A DNA stretch of 48,338 bases, taken from assembly GCA_040218735.1 (NCBI GenBank), contig JAVJQW010000005.1, positions 1-48,338 of the forward strand. The letters are read 5' to 3'. A program made the translations under genes and the position numbers. Source of the DNA: Deltaproteobacteria bacterium. Lineage in GTDB: Bacteria; Myxococcota; Kuafuiibacteriia; Kuafuiibacteriales; Kuafuiibacteriaceae. Of this stretch, positions 10,400 to 21,006 are shown piece by piece. Position 1 is the first letter of the stretch. Every line of letters begins with the position of its first letter. The notes beneath the pieces were generated by a model. That model searched no databases, was not told the origin of the DNA, and was given only the letters and a program-made list of their open reading frames with translations.

Positions 10400-11229
10400 C
10401 GGGGGCCTCCTCTTTCGGGCGGGGTGACGTGAGGGCGCGCGCGCCAGTAGAACTCGGCCGGCGAGCCCTTCCACGTGACGTTGGCGAGCTGAGGTTCGAG
10501 GGAGCGGTCCGGGCCGAAGAACAGCGACAGCTGGGTCGCGTAGTGTTTGACGAGTCGGACTTTGGTCGCGACGTCGGTGTGGACCGCGAGGCGCGCGGAC
10601 GGCCGGCACCCGATGCGTTCGAGCGCGCGGGTGGGATCGTCGGGCTCGCCGCCGCCGAACTCGTGGTCGAAGACGTACGGGACGTCCTCGTAGAAGAGCA
10701 GGTTGTTGGGGCTCGCGACCTGCAAGGCGACTTGCGCGCAGATGGCGTGGTCGACGTGCAGCCCGATGCCCATCGGCGCCAGCACGAGCACTCGACCCAT
10801 GTTCTGGACGAGGCGGCGGAGGACGAGGAACAGCTCCTCGACGTACGCGCTGTCGTCGGGCGCACAGAGCGCGAACTTCGTGCGTGAGCGTCGGTAGATC
10901 AGGTCGCCGGTGGTCGGGCTGCGTCGGTAGATGCAGTCCGCGAAGCCGAGGTGCACGAAGTCGCAGTCGAGGTCGTGCATCGCGCGGATGTCCTCGCGGC
11001 GGCGCGCGAGGGGCGATGCGAACCCGCGACGGTGGCGACCGCTCCCGTTGTTGTTGCGCGGCACTGGGTTGCCGCACGCGATGGTGACGACGAGGCGCGA
11101 GACCTTGCCCTTCAACGCGGTGAGGAGCCCGGCGGTGGACAGGACAGCGTCGTCGAGGTGCGGCGAAAGCGCGATGACGCGCTCGAACTTGTCCCAGTCG
11201 TACGCGGCGAGGAGGTCGATCGTCTTCAT
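10396..11229 (-). CDS. PIG-L/LmbE-family Zn-dependent de-N-acetylase
   Basis: SPHLDDAVLS, RRRED, HVDH and YEDVPY motifs. Confidence 0.9.
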   Translation of the reverse strand: MKTIDLLAAYDWDKFERVIALSPHLDDAVLSTAGLLTALKGKVSRLVVTIACGNPVPRNNNGSGRHRRGFASPLARRREDIRAMHDLDCDFVHLGFADCIYRRSPTTGDLIYRRSRTKFALCAPDDSAYVEELFLVLRRLVQNMGRVLVLAPMGIGLHVDHAICAQVALQVASPNNLLFYEDVPYVFDHEFGGGEPDDPTRALERIGCRPSARLAVHTDVATKVRLVKHYATQLSLFFGPDRSLEPQLANVTWKGSPAEFYWRARPHVTPPERGGPR

Positions 11230-12500
11230 GCGAACATCGGGATCTGGGCGCCGTAGCGGCGCTTCGCGAGCTCCATCATCGTGCGCGCCTTCGCGGTCGA
11301 CTCGACGAGCGGGTTGTCGGCGAGCGCGGCCGTGGCGGCCTCGACGTCGTGACCAACGGCGGCCTCCGCGGCGCGTCGTTGGTAACGTTCGAGGCGGAGC
11401 AAGAGCGGCATCTGATCGGGCGCGACGGGCGGCGCCGACGTGCGCAAGATCTCTTGCTTCGAGACCGAGCAGACCGATTCGACGACCGTCGTCGGATCGA
11501 AGATCGGCGCTGCGCCCTGACCGGCGACGTTGAGCACCATCCGCTGCGGGGTGTCGGATCCGAGCGCGCGCAGCATCAGCACCGCCATGTCGCCGAAGCC
11601 GCTGCTGCCGCGGTGGTGTGTCAGGACAGGGACGTCGCGGCGGGCCTCCTCCTCGAAGTGGGCGAAATACGTCGGCAGCTTCGCGAGGATGGCTTCGGCG
11701 CGCGAGCCGGCCTTCAGCGCGTGGGCGACGAACACGTCCGGCCGCGCGTAGAACGCGAGGTACGAGTTCGGGAAGTAGCCGGGATGCGATCGCGCGAGCT
11801 CGAGCGAGATCTCGAATCGCAGCCGGTACGCGCCGTCGAGGTGCGCGGGGACCTCGATCGTGTCGATCGCGGGGAGCGGCGCGCCATCGATTCGGACGTC
11901 GTGGTACCAGGTCGCGTGGTTGAGGCCGACGCAGTCGAAGCGTGCTTCGCCGTCGCGTCCGAGCGCGAGCGCGAGGTCGTGCATGTCTTCGTCGGACTGG
12001 TCGCAGAGGCCGATGACCCGCACGCCGCGACCGAGGAGCGCCTGCGTCACGATGTTCGTCGGGTTGGTGTAGTTCAGGAGCACCGCCTCGGGGGCGAGGC
12101 GTTTCAGGCGGTCGACGATCGCGATCGACGCCGGGACGGACCGCAGCGCGAAGAAGAACCCACCGGGGCCGACGGTCTCCTGGCCGGGGATTTCGACCTC
12201 CAACGGGATCGTCTCGTCGTGGTGCCGACAGGTGAGTCCACCCGGACGTGACGTGTTGAGGACGGCGTCGGTCCCTGTGAGCGCTTCGTCGAGATCGTCG
12301 TAGGCGCGCACCGTGAACGGCGCGCCCTGCGTGTTCGCCATCTTCGCGCCGAGGCGCGACACGACGTCGAGGTTCTTGGCGTCGATGTCGAAGAGGCGCA
12401 CCTCACGTAGCTCGAGCTCGCGGCAGTGGTGGAGGAGCGCGGCGAGCAGCCCGGGCGTGTACGCGCTGCCGCCGCCGACGACGGTGAAGGTTCGAATCAT
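11226..12500 (-). CDS. glycoside hydrolase family 4 (6-phospho-beta-glucosidase/ChbF-like)
   Basis: ATG at 12500; VGGGSAYTP, GQETVGPGG, NYTNP, GLCD, GLNH and NPLV are the GH4 NAD+/Mn2+ motifs. Confidence 0.92.
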   Translation of the reverse strand: MIRTFTVVGGGSAYTPGLLAALLHHCRELELREVRLFDIDAKNLDVVSRLGAKMANTQGAPFTVRAYDDLDEALTGTDAVLNTSRPGGLTCRHHDETIPLEVEIPGQETVGPGGFFFALRSVPASIAIVDRLKRLAPEAVLLNYTNPTNIVTQALLGRGVRVIGLCDQSDEDMHDLALALGRDGEARFDCVGLNHATWYHDVRIDGAPLPAIDTIEVPAHLDGAYRLRFEISLELARSHPGYFPNSYLAFYARPDVFVAHALKAGSRAEAILAKLPTYFAHFEEEARRDVPVLTHHRGSSGFGDMAVLMLRALGSDTPQRMVLNVAGQGAAPIFDPTTVVESVCSVSKQEILRTSAPPVAPDQMPLLLRLERYQRRAAEAAVGHDVEAATAALADNPLVESTAKARTMMELAKRRYGAQIPMFA

Positions 12501-13360
12501 GACTGCTCCAACAGATCGGCGAAGACGTCGGCGCGACGCGCGACGCCACCGGTGACCATGAGTTGACGCGCCGCAACCTCGGTTGCGAGGCGGCCCGCGG
12601 CTTCGCCGCTGCGTCCGGCGAGCCGACCCGCGACGAACCCCGCCGCGAACGCGTCGCCCGCGCCGGTGTGGTCCGCGACCGCGACCTCGTGCGCGGGCAC
12701 CGCGAAGCGAACGTCGTCCACGCGGCCCACCGCGCCGCGGTCGTCGAGGGTGACGATCAGGTCGCGGACGTTCGTGAGACCGGAGAGCGCGCCGTCGACC
12801 GAGCCGGCCGCAGTGCGCGCTTCGGCTTCGTTGAGGAACAACAGGTCCCACGGCGGCGAGTCCGCCGCGAGGGACGCGAGGCGGTTGGGGGCCCAGCTCC
12901 CGCTCACGCTGACCGTGGCGCCCGCGGCGCGCGCCCGGGCGAGCAGCGGCTCGAGCGCGCGTGCTTCTTCCAGCCCGGGCACGTGGATGTGCTGCGCGTC
13001 GGGGAGGGCGGGGCACTCGGCGAGGCTCGCGAAGTGCGCCGCGGTGACGAACGCGCGGTCTTCGGGGAACGCGAGGACGAGCGAGATCGCCGGGTCGTCC
13101 GGCGCTCGCCAGGTGTGCGCGTCGAGGTCGAGCGCTTCGGTCGCGCGCTGGATTGCGTGGTCGGCGATGCCCATGCCGGCGGGGTAGGCGAGGGTGACGT
13201 CCTGCCCGAGCGCGCGCAGGACGGACGCGGTGTTGATCGCTCCGCCGAAGCCGAGCGTCATCGAACGCACGAAGCGCTCGCGGCCGGGCTCGACCGCGAA
13301 GTCATCGCCGCCGACGTTCACCTCGAAGAACACGAGGCCGGCGACCACGATTCGGCTCAC
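12497..13360 (-). CDS. PfkB/ribokinase-family carbohydrate kinase
   Basis: GTG start overlaps the ggpS stop; FGGAINTA, LFLNEAEA and DHTGAGDAFAAGF signatures. Confidence 0.9.
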   Translation of the reverse strand: MSRIVVAGLVFFEVNVGGDDFAVEPGRERFVRSMTLGFGGAINTASVLRALGQDVTLAYPAGMGIADHAIQRATEALDLDAHTWRAPDDPAISLVLAFPEDRAFVTAAHFASLAECPALPDAQHIHVPGLEEARALEPLLARARAAGATVSVSGSWAPNRLASLAADSPPWDLLFLNEAEARTAAGSVDGALSGLTNVRDLIVTLDDRGAVGRVDDVRFAVPAHEVAVADHTGAGDAFAAGFVAGRLAGRSGEAAGRLATEVAARQLMVTGGVARRADVFADLLEQS

Positions 13361-15618
13361 GCGTTGGCTCCTTCGAGCCCTTCCAGGAAGCCGTCGCCCC
13401 AGCGGCGCACGTCGTTGTACTCGACGATCTGCTGCATCCGTCGCTGGCGCTGCCCGCGTTCGTCGTCGGACATGGTGAGTGCGTGCATCAGCGCGTTCTT
13501 CATGCTGCTGAGGTCGAACGGGTTCGCGAGGAGCGCGCCGTGCATCTCGACCGCGGCACCGGCGAACTCGGAGAGCACGAGCGCGCCCTTTGTGTTCGTC
13601 GCGGCCTTGGCCATCACGTACTCCTTGGCGACGAGGTTCAGCCCGTCGCGCAGCGGCGTGATCCACGCGACGTCACTCGCCGCGTAGTGCGCGACGACGT
13701 CCTCGAACGGGAGCGACCGCAGGAAGTAACGCACCGGCGTCCAGTCCATGCGGCCGAAGCGGCCGTTGAGCTGACCGACGGCCTGATCGAGTTTGTCGTT
13801 GAGGGTCTTGTAGATCCGCATCCCGGACGCGGGGGGCGTGACGAAGTTGATCAGCACGACCTTGCCGTGGAGCTCGGGGTGCTCCTCGAGGAGCTGGCCG
13901 AACGCTTCGATCTTCTCGAGCGGGCCTTTGACGTAGTCGAGCCGCTCGATCGAGACGATCGCCGTCCGGCCCTCCAGCTCGCCGCGTATCTGCTCGATGC
14001 GCTGCGCGACGTCGTCGCGGGCGACGAGCTCGCGGATGCGTTGGCAGTCGATGCCGACCGGGTGCGCGCCGAGGTGGACCCGGCGTCCGCCGACGTCGAT
14101 CGCCGTGGCCATCTGATCGATGCCGAGCGCGCAGCCGTAGGTGACGAAGCGCGGCGCACACGGCACGCGGTCGACGACCTGCGTCGGAGCGTTCGACTGG
14201 AGGACGTCGACGAAGTTTTCGAGGTAGCGCGGGATGTGGAAGCCGACGTAGTCACACTGCGCGAGGCTGCCGACGATGTGCTCGCGCCACGGGAGCATGT
14301 TGAACACGTCCGACGGCGGGAACGACGTGTGGTGGAAGAAGCCGATCTTCACGTCGGCGCGGAGCTGCCGGAGCATCCCCGGCACCAGCCACAGGTTGTA
14401 GTCGTGGACCCAGACGAGGGCGTTGGGTTTGGCTTCTTCGGCGGTCCGCTCGGCGAAGGCGCGGTTGACGTCGACGAAGGTCTCCCACATCGACGCGTCG
14501 AACACGGCGCGGCCCGGGAACGAGAAGATCACCGGCCAGAACGCCTCCTTCGAGAAACGTTTGTAGAAGCGGTCGACGTCGTCCTTGGTGAGGGCGATGC
14601 GCGCCGCTTCGAGGCCGGCGTACTCGTCCGCGACGGGCACGGTGCGTTCGAAGTCGTCCGGGTCGCGGGAGTCCTGGAGTGACCAGCCGACCCACGCGCC
14701 CGCGCGGCCGTTCGCGAAGAAGCCGAGGAGCGACGGGATGATTCCGTTGGGGCTCTTCGGCCGGCGGCGGAACGTCTTGCCGTTGCGTCGGTACTCCTCG
14801 AACGGGAGGCGGTGGTAGACCATCACCAGCTGGCTCTGGGCGCCTTCGAGATCGAGCGTCGGCGTGCGCGGCTGCGGGTCGACCCAGCCGTGTTTCGTCA
14901 GCGCCTCTTCGATGCCCGCCGCGCCGACGCCATCGGCGACGTGGACGGTGTCGCGCCGCGCGACGTGATCGACGAGCGCGGGCTCCGCGTTGTGAACGAC
15001 GACGCCGAGCAGCCCGGTGTCGAACATCGAGCGGTCGTTGAGCGTGTCGCCGGCGACGAGGACGCGCTTCGGATCCAGGCCGAGGTGATCGACGAGCGCG
15101 AGGAGCGTCGGTCCCTTCGACACCCCCTTCGGCATCACGTCGAGGTAGCGGCCGGCCGAGAGGATCAGGTCACAGCCGAGCGCCTCGACGGTGGCGTTCA
15201 GCTCGGGGGTCACTGCGGCGTCGGACGTATAGAGATAGGAGCACCGGCGCTCCTGCGGGACGTCCTGTCGGACGAGCCCTTCGAAGCGCGCGAGGCGATC
15301 GATCACCTCGAGTGTGCCGGGCCACCGCGCTTCGATGTTCGCCTGGAGCGGCTGGACAGGGACGAAGCGTTCGTCCACGACCTCCACGATCGTCGCGCCG
15401 ACGTCGGCGATGACGTACTTCGGCTTCGGGACGAGCGGATCCCAGAACAGCGGACGGACGGTTTCGAGGCCGCGACCCGTAACGAAGATGGTGAGCGCCC
15501 CGTCGAGGGTGTCGAGCAGGCTCTGGCGTTCTTCGTCCGACCCTCCGAGGAGGGTGCCGTCGAGATCGGTGGCGAGGACGAAGGGGGGCGCGGGGGTCAG
15601 GGCAGCGGGGACGCTCAC
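13357..15618 (-). CDS. ggpS: glucosylglycerol-phosphate synthase fused to an N-terminal HAD phosphatase (GgpPS-type)
   Basis: HAD motifs LATDLDGT, KG, GDTLND; GT20 motifs WVHDYNLWLVP, ERLDYVKG, LRDGLNLVAKEY, LSEFAGAA; GgpS-typical YHRLP...PKSPNGIIPSLLGFF. Confidence 0.9.
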   Translation of the reverse strand: MSVPAALTPAPPFVLATDLDGTLLGGSDEERQSLLDTLDGALTIFVTGRGLETVRPLFWDPLVPKPKYVIADVGATIVEVVDERFVPVQPLQANIEARWPGTLEVIDRLARFEGLVRQDVPQERRCSYLYTSDAAVTPELNATVEALGCDLILSAGRYLDVMPKGVSKGPTLLALVDHLGLDPKRVLVAGDTLNDRSMFDTGLLGVVVHNAEPALVDHVARRDTVHVADGVGAAGIEEALTKHGWVDPQPRTPTLDLEGAQSQLVMVYHRLPFEEYRRNGKTFRRRPKSPNGIIPSLLGFFANGRAGAWVGWSLQDSRDPDDFERTVPVADEYAGLEAARIALTKDDVDRFYKRFSKEAFWPVIFSFPGRAVFDASMWETFVDVNRAFAERTAEEAKPNALVWVHDYNLWLVPGMLRQLRADVKIGFFHHTSFPPSDVFNMLPWREHIVGSLAQCDYVGFHIPRYLENFVDVLQSNAPTQVVDRVPCAPRFVTYGCALGIDQMATAIDVGGRRVHLGAHPVGIDCQRIRELVARDDVAQRIEQIRGELEGRTAIVSIERLDYVKGPLEKIEAFGQLLEEHPELHGKVVLINFVTPPASGMRIYKTLNDKLDQAVGQLNGRFGRMDWTPVRYFLRSLPFEDVVAHYAASDVAWITPLRDGLNLVAKEYVMAKAATNTKGALVLSEFAGAAVEMHGALLANPFDLSSMKNALMHALTMSDDERGQRQRRMQQIVEYNDVRRWGDGFLEGLEGANA

Positions 15619-15869
15619 AGCGGGCGGGCCGTGATGCGCCAGAAGGACGCGCCTTCGTCGAAGCCGACCCGGTTGATGAACCGGACATACCCGGCGTCCT
15701 CCAGGCGCTTCAGCCAGTTGGCGGCGCGGTCGGCGTTCGGGACGAGCCGGGCGATCGCCTGCTCCAGGCGTTGCTTACCGGCGATGTAACCCGACGAATT
15801 CGTTGGTCCTTCCTTGTCGATGAGTGCCTCGGCGAGGTGGTCGAGCCGTGGCGGAGCCTTGAAAGTCAT
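15615..15869 (-). CDS. small hypothetical protein (84 aa), possibly winged-helix-like; first gene of the ggpS operon
   Basis: ATG start; stop overlaps the ggpS GTG; ends WLKRLEDAGYVRF...FWRI (helix followed by beta hairpin). Confidence 0.65.
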   Translation of the reverse strand: MTFKAPPRLDHLAEALIDKEGPTNSSGYIAGKQRLEQAIARLVPNADRAANWLKRLEDAGYVRFINRVGFDEGASFWRITARPL

Positions 15870-15925
15870 AGGCTCGTTTATAACTCATATGTTTTGAGGA
15901 CTAAAGGTTTGAGTAGAATAAATGA
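15870..15925 (-). promoter_or_regulatory. AT-rich promoter/operator region of the ggpS operon with a TTTGA-GG-ACTAA pseudo-palindrome and a second TTTGA-GT-AGAAT box
   Basis: Sharp AT-rich island in GC-rich DNA; boxes at 15893-15904 and 15908-15919; resembles EctR/CosR-type operators as I recall them. Confidence 0.6.
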
Positions 15926-16850
15926 CGCGATGCGATAGGGGGCGTGAGGCGCGCCAGCGTGCGAGCTGTTCGACGAACCGGTCCACGAACGCGAGATCCC
16001 AGCCCTCGATCTGATCGGCCGCGTGCGGGGTGACGAGGACTTGGTCGAGGGACCACAGGGGTGAGCTCGGCGGGAGCGGCTCGGACGCGAAGACGTCGAG
16101 CCACGCGCCGCGGAGGTGGCCGTCCACGAGGCGTTCGACGAGCGCGGCTTCGTCGACGAGGCCGCCGCGCGCGGTGTTCACGAAGGGGGCGCCGGGGCGG
16201 AGGCGCGCGAGGCGGTCGCGATCGAAGAGGCGGTGCGTCGAGGCGTCGAGCCGCAGGTGCAGCGACACGATGTCGGCGTGCGGGAGTTGGTCGTCGAGCG
16301 CTTCGGGGCCGAACACCTTCGGTGCACCGCCACGTTCGGGGTGACGGCGGATCGCTTCGACCTCCATCCCGAGCGCGGACGCGAGCGACGCGACTCGGCC
16401 GCCGACCTCCCCGAGGCCGACGAGCAGGAGTCGCTGGCCGCGGACGGTTCGGAAGCGTCGTCGCGACCAGGTGCGCTGGGCCTTGGCTTCGAAGAGTCCG
16501 CCGTCGAGCGCGAGCACCGCGCCCACCCAGGTCTCGGCGAGGTAGGGCGCGAGGACGCCGGCGGAGTTGGTGACGTGGATTCGGTCGTCGTCCCACGCGC
16601 CGAGGTGCTCGACGCCGGAGCCACCGACGTGGATCCAACGCACGGCTTCGTGTCGGACGAGCGTGTGGAACTCGGGGCCGATGAAGCGCGACGACTTGAT
16701 CGCGAAGACGACCTCGGGGCGGTGGGTGTCGAGCGCGGGCTCGATTGCGTCGAGTCGATCGACGGCGACGAAGTCCACGTCTTCGACGCGCGCGCGCAAC
16801 GCTTCGACGAGGCGCGCGGCGTCGGCGTGGACGACGACGACCGGCGTCAC
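15885..16850 (-). CDS. D-2-hydroxyacid dehydrogenase family protein
   Basis: VGLGEVG Rossmann motif, FVNTARG, LDVF..EPLP, VTPH.A. Confidence 0.9.
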   Translation of the reverse strand: MTPVVVVHADAARLVEALRARVEDVDFVAVDRLDAIEPALDTHRPEVVFAIKSSRFIGPEFHTLVRHEAVRWIHVGGSGVEHLGAWDDDRIHVTNSAGVLAPYLAETWVGAVLALDGGLFEAKAQRTWSRRRFRTVRGQRLLLVGLGEVGGRVASLASALGMEVEAIRRHPERGGAPKVFGPEALDDQLPHADIVSLHLRLDASTHRLFDRDRLARLRPGAPFVNTARGGLVDEAALVERLVDGHLRGAWLDVFASEPLPPSSPLWSLDQVLVTPHAADQIEGWDLAFVDRFVEQLARWRASRPLSHRVIYSTQTFSPQNI

Positions 16851-17800
16851 GGAACGCGTGTGAACGTCGCGCCGGAGAGGGTCATCGCGCGACTGCTACA
16901 CGGGTCGACGATCAGCTGCGGCGCAAAGACGTCGCACGTCGCGTTGAACTGCAGGTTGTAGAAGCCCGTGTCCGTCGGCGGACAGCCGCCGCCCATGGCG
17001 GCGTTGTCGTTGATGAGGATGACCGGGTCGACGTAGCCGTACGTGCCGCCGATCTGCGGGTTGTTCTCGGCCTCGAACGCCGTCATGCCTGCGCCCCACG
17101 TGCCGGCCGCGGTGAAGTTGAAGAAGAACACCGAACCGAAGAAGTTCGTCGAGTAGGTGTCGACGAACGGGCAGTTGTTCACGCCCGCGTCGGGGAGCGG
17201 GATGCCGCCGTCGGGGAACGGCGGGATGCCGCCGTCCGGGAAGGGCGGGAAGCCGCCGTCGGGGAACGGGCCGGCGTCGAACGGCGGGAAGCCGCCGTCG
17301 GGGAACGGGCCGGCGTCGGGGAAGGGGAAGCTGCCGCCGTCGCGCGGCGGGAAGCTGGCGTCGCGCCCGAAGCCGCCGTCGCGCGGCGGGAAGCTCGCGT
17401 CGCGGGGGAAGCTCGCGTCGCGCCCGAAGCCGGCGTCGGGTTGGGGTCCGGCGTCGATGGGGGCGGGCCCGCTGTCGCGGACGAAGGGGCCGCCGTCGCG
17501 AACGAACGGACCGCCGTCGCGTGGGACACCCGCGTCGCGCGGGGGGCCTGCGTCGCGCGGGCCGGCGTCACGGGGGCCCGCGTCGCGGGGGAGCTCGCCG
17601 GCGTCGCGGGGGCCGCCGTCGCGGGGGGCCTCGCCGGCGTCGCGGGGGCCGCCGTCGCGGATCACGGGCCAGCCGCCGTCGCGCGGGTCGAGCGGTTCGC
17701 GGGTCGTCTCACCGCAGGCCGCGAGCGCGAGCGCCGCGGCGGAGGCCATGCTGAGTACGTGTCGATCGCGAGCAGCCCAAGTCACCGTGAACCCATACAC
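16847..17800 (-). CDS. lipoprotein with a long D(A/G)G/Pro repeat stalk and a Cys-containing C-terminal domain (start may be 17785)
   Basis: Lipobox LAA-C; over 20 RDGG/RDAG/PDGG units; C-terminal domain with 4 Cys; stop overlaps the dehydrogenase start. Confidence 0.75.
   Translation of the reverse strand: MYGFTVTWAARDRHVLSMASAAALALAACGETTREPLDPRDGGWPVIRDGGPRDAGEAPRDGGPRDAGELPRDAGPRDAGPRDAGPPRDAGVPRDGGPFVRDGGPFVRDSGPAPIDAGPQPDAGFGRDASFPRDASFPPRDGGFGRDASFPPRDGGSFPFPDAGPFPDGGFPPFDAGPFPDGGFPPFPDGGIPPFPDGGIPLPDAGVNNCPFVDTYSTNFFGSVFFFNFTAAGTWGAGMTAFEAENNPQIGGTYGYVDPVILINDNAAMGGGCPPTDTGFYNLQFNATCDVFAPQLIVDPCSSRAMTLSGATFTRVP
17185..17690 (-). repeat. imperfect coding tandem repeats encoding (P)RD(A/G)G and FPD(A/G)G units
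   Basis: Recurrent gccgccgtcg/ccggcgtcg words on the + strand. Confidence 0.85.
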
Positions 17801-17854
17801 CGAACACGCGGGTTTCGGCGGAATCGATTCGAAAAGGTCGCGGCGTCGTCGCGA

Positions 17855-19801
<1,947 letters not shown>

Positions 19802-19807
19802 TTCTCC

Positions 19808-20905
19808 TCATCCAAACTCGATCCCGAGGTGCCGCGCCGACTCCACGAGCGGTCCGTTCGGATCCACCCGCTTCATTCCGGACGCCGCCTCCTCGATCGC
19901 GACACCTTCGATCACGCTGCCCTTCAACGCGACCATTTGCCCCCAGCGCCCTTCTTCGACGAACGTCATCGCCGCCGTTCCGAAGCGCGTCGCGAGCACC
20001 CTATCGTAACCGGAAGGGCGCCCACCTCGCAGCAAATGTCCGAGCACTGTGACGCGCGTCTCTAGACCGCTGGCCTCCGCGATGGCCTCGGCCGCGAGCG
20101 CCCCCGCGCCTCCGAGCCGGGGCATCCCGCCCGCCGCCTGCTTGTCGAGGTAGGCCTGGGCCCCGCCGATCGGGAGGGCCCCCTCGGCGACCACGACGAT
20201 CGAGAAGAAGCGCCCCGCGGCCTGGCGCCGGCGGACTTTGTCGCAAACCTTCGAAATGTCGTAGGGAATCTCGGGGATGAGGATGACGTCGGCGCCGCTC
20301 CCGATCCCCGCGTAGGCGGCAATCCAGCCGCAGTCGCGCCCCATGACCTCCGCGATCATCACGCGGTCGTGCGACTCGGCGGTCGAATGGAGGCGGTCGA
20401 TGGCGTCCGTGGCGACCTCGACGGCGGTGTTGAAGCCGAAGGTCACGTCGGTCGCGGCGATGTCGTTGTCGATGGTCTTCGGGACCCCGACGACCTTGAT
20501 CCCCTTCTCGACCATCAGCCGGTGCGCGATCCGCATCGTCCCGTCGCCCCCGATGACGATGAGGCCTTCCAGCTCGAGGATCCGCATCGCCTCCACCAGC
20601 CGATCCGAACGATCCTCGAAGCAGAACGATCCATCCGACTGCTTCACCGGAAACTCGAAGGGATCCCCACGGTTGGTCGTCCCGAGGATCGTCCCGCCCC
20701 GCCGCAGGATGCCGCGCACCGCGTCGCGGTTGAGCTCGTGCACGTCGTAGGGCGTGCTCATCAGCCCATTGAAGGCGTCGGCGACGCCGAGCACCTCCCA
20801 ACCCATGTCACTCACGCCGGTCTTCACGACCGCGCGAATGACCGCGTTCAGCCCGGGGCAGTCGCCCCCGCCGGTGAGGACTCCGACCCGCTTCTTCTTC
20901 GGCAT
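19808..20905 (-). CDS. pfkA: 6-phosphofructokinase, probably ATP-dependent
   Basis: LTGGGDCPGLNAVIR, GGTILGT, GGDGT (Gly at the ATP/PPi discriminating position), PKTIDND, EVMGR, LGH.LRGG. Confidence 0.95.
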   Translation of the reverse strand: MPKKKRVGVLTGGGDCPGLNAVIRAVVKTGVSDMGWEVLGVADAFNGLMSTPYDVHELNRDAVRGILRRGGTILGTTNRGDPFEFPVKQSDGSFCFEDRSDRLVEAMRILELEGLIVIGGDGTMRIAHRLMVEKGIKVVGVPKTIDNDIAATDVTFGFNTAVEVATDAIDRLHSTAESHDRVMIAEVMGRDCGWIAAYAGIGSGADVILIPEIPYDISKVCDKVRRRQAAGRFFSIVVVAEGALPIGGAQAYLDKQAAGGMPRLGGAGALAAEAIAEASGLETRVTVLGHLLRGGRPSGYDRVLATRFGTAAMTFVEEGRWGQMVALKGSVIEGVAIEEAASGMKRVDPNGPLVESARHLGIEFG

Positions 20906-21006
20906 GGCGAGCCGACGTCTACGCGGTTTTCCTGGCCGGTGTCTACGGTCGGCCGTCGCTCCCCCGCCGAGTTCGCCTTTCGGAGGAAGGACGGTACGGT
21001 CCGATC

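Noticed and set aside
13357-15618. Trehalose-6-phosphate synthase (otsA) call
   Set aside because: The N-terminal HAD fusion and SPNGIIP motif fit GgpS better
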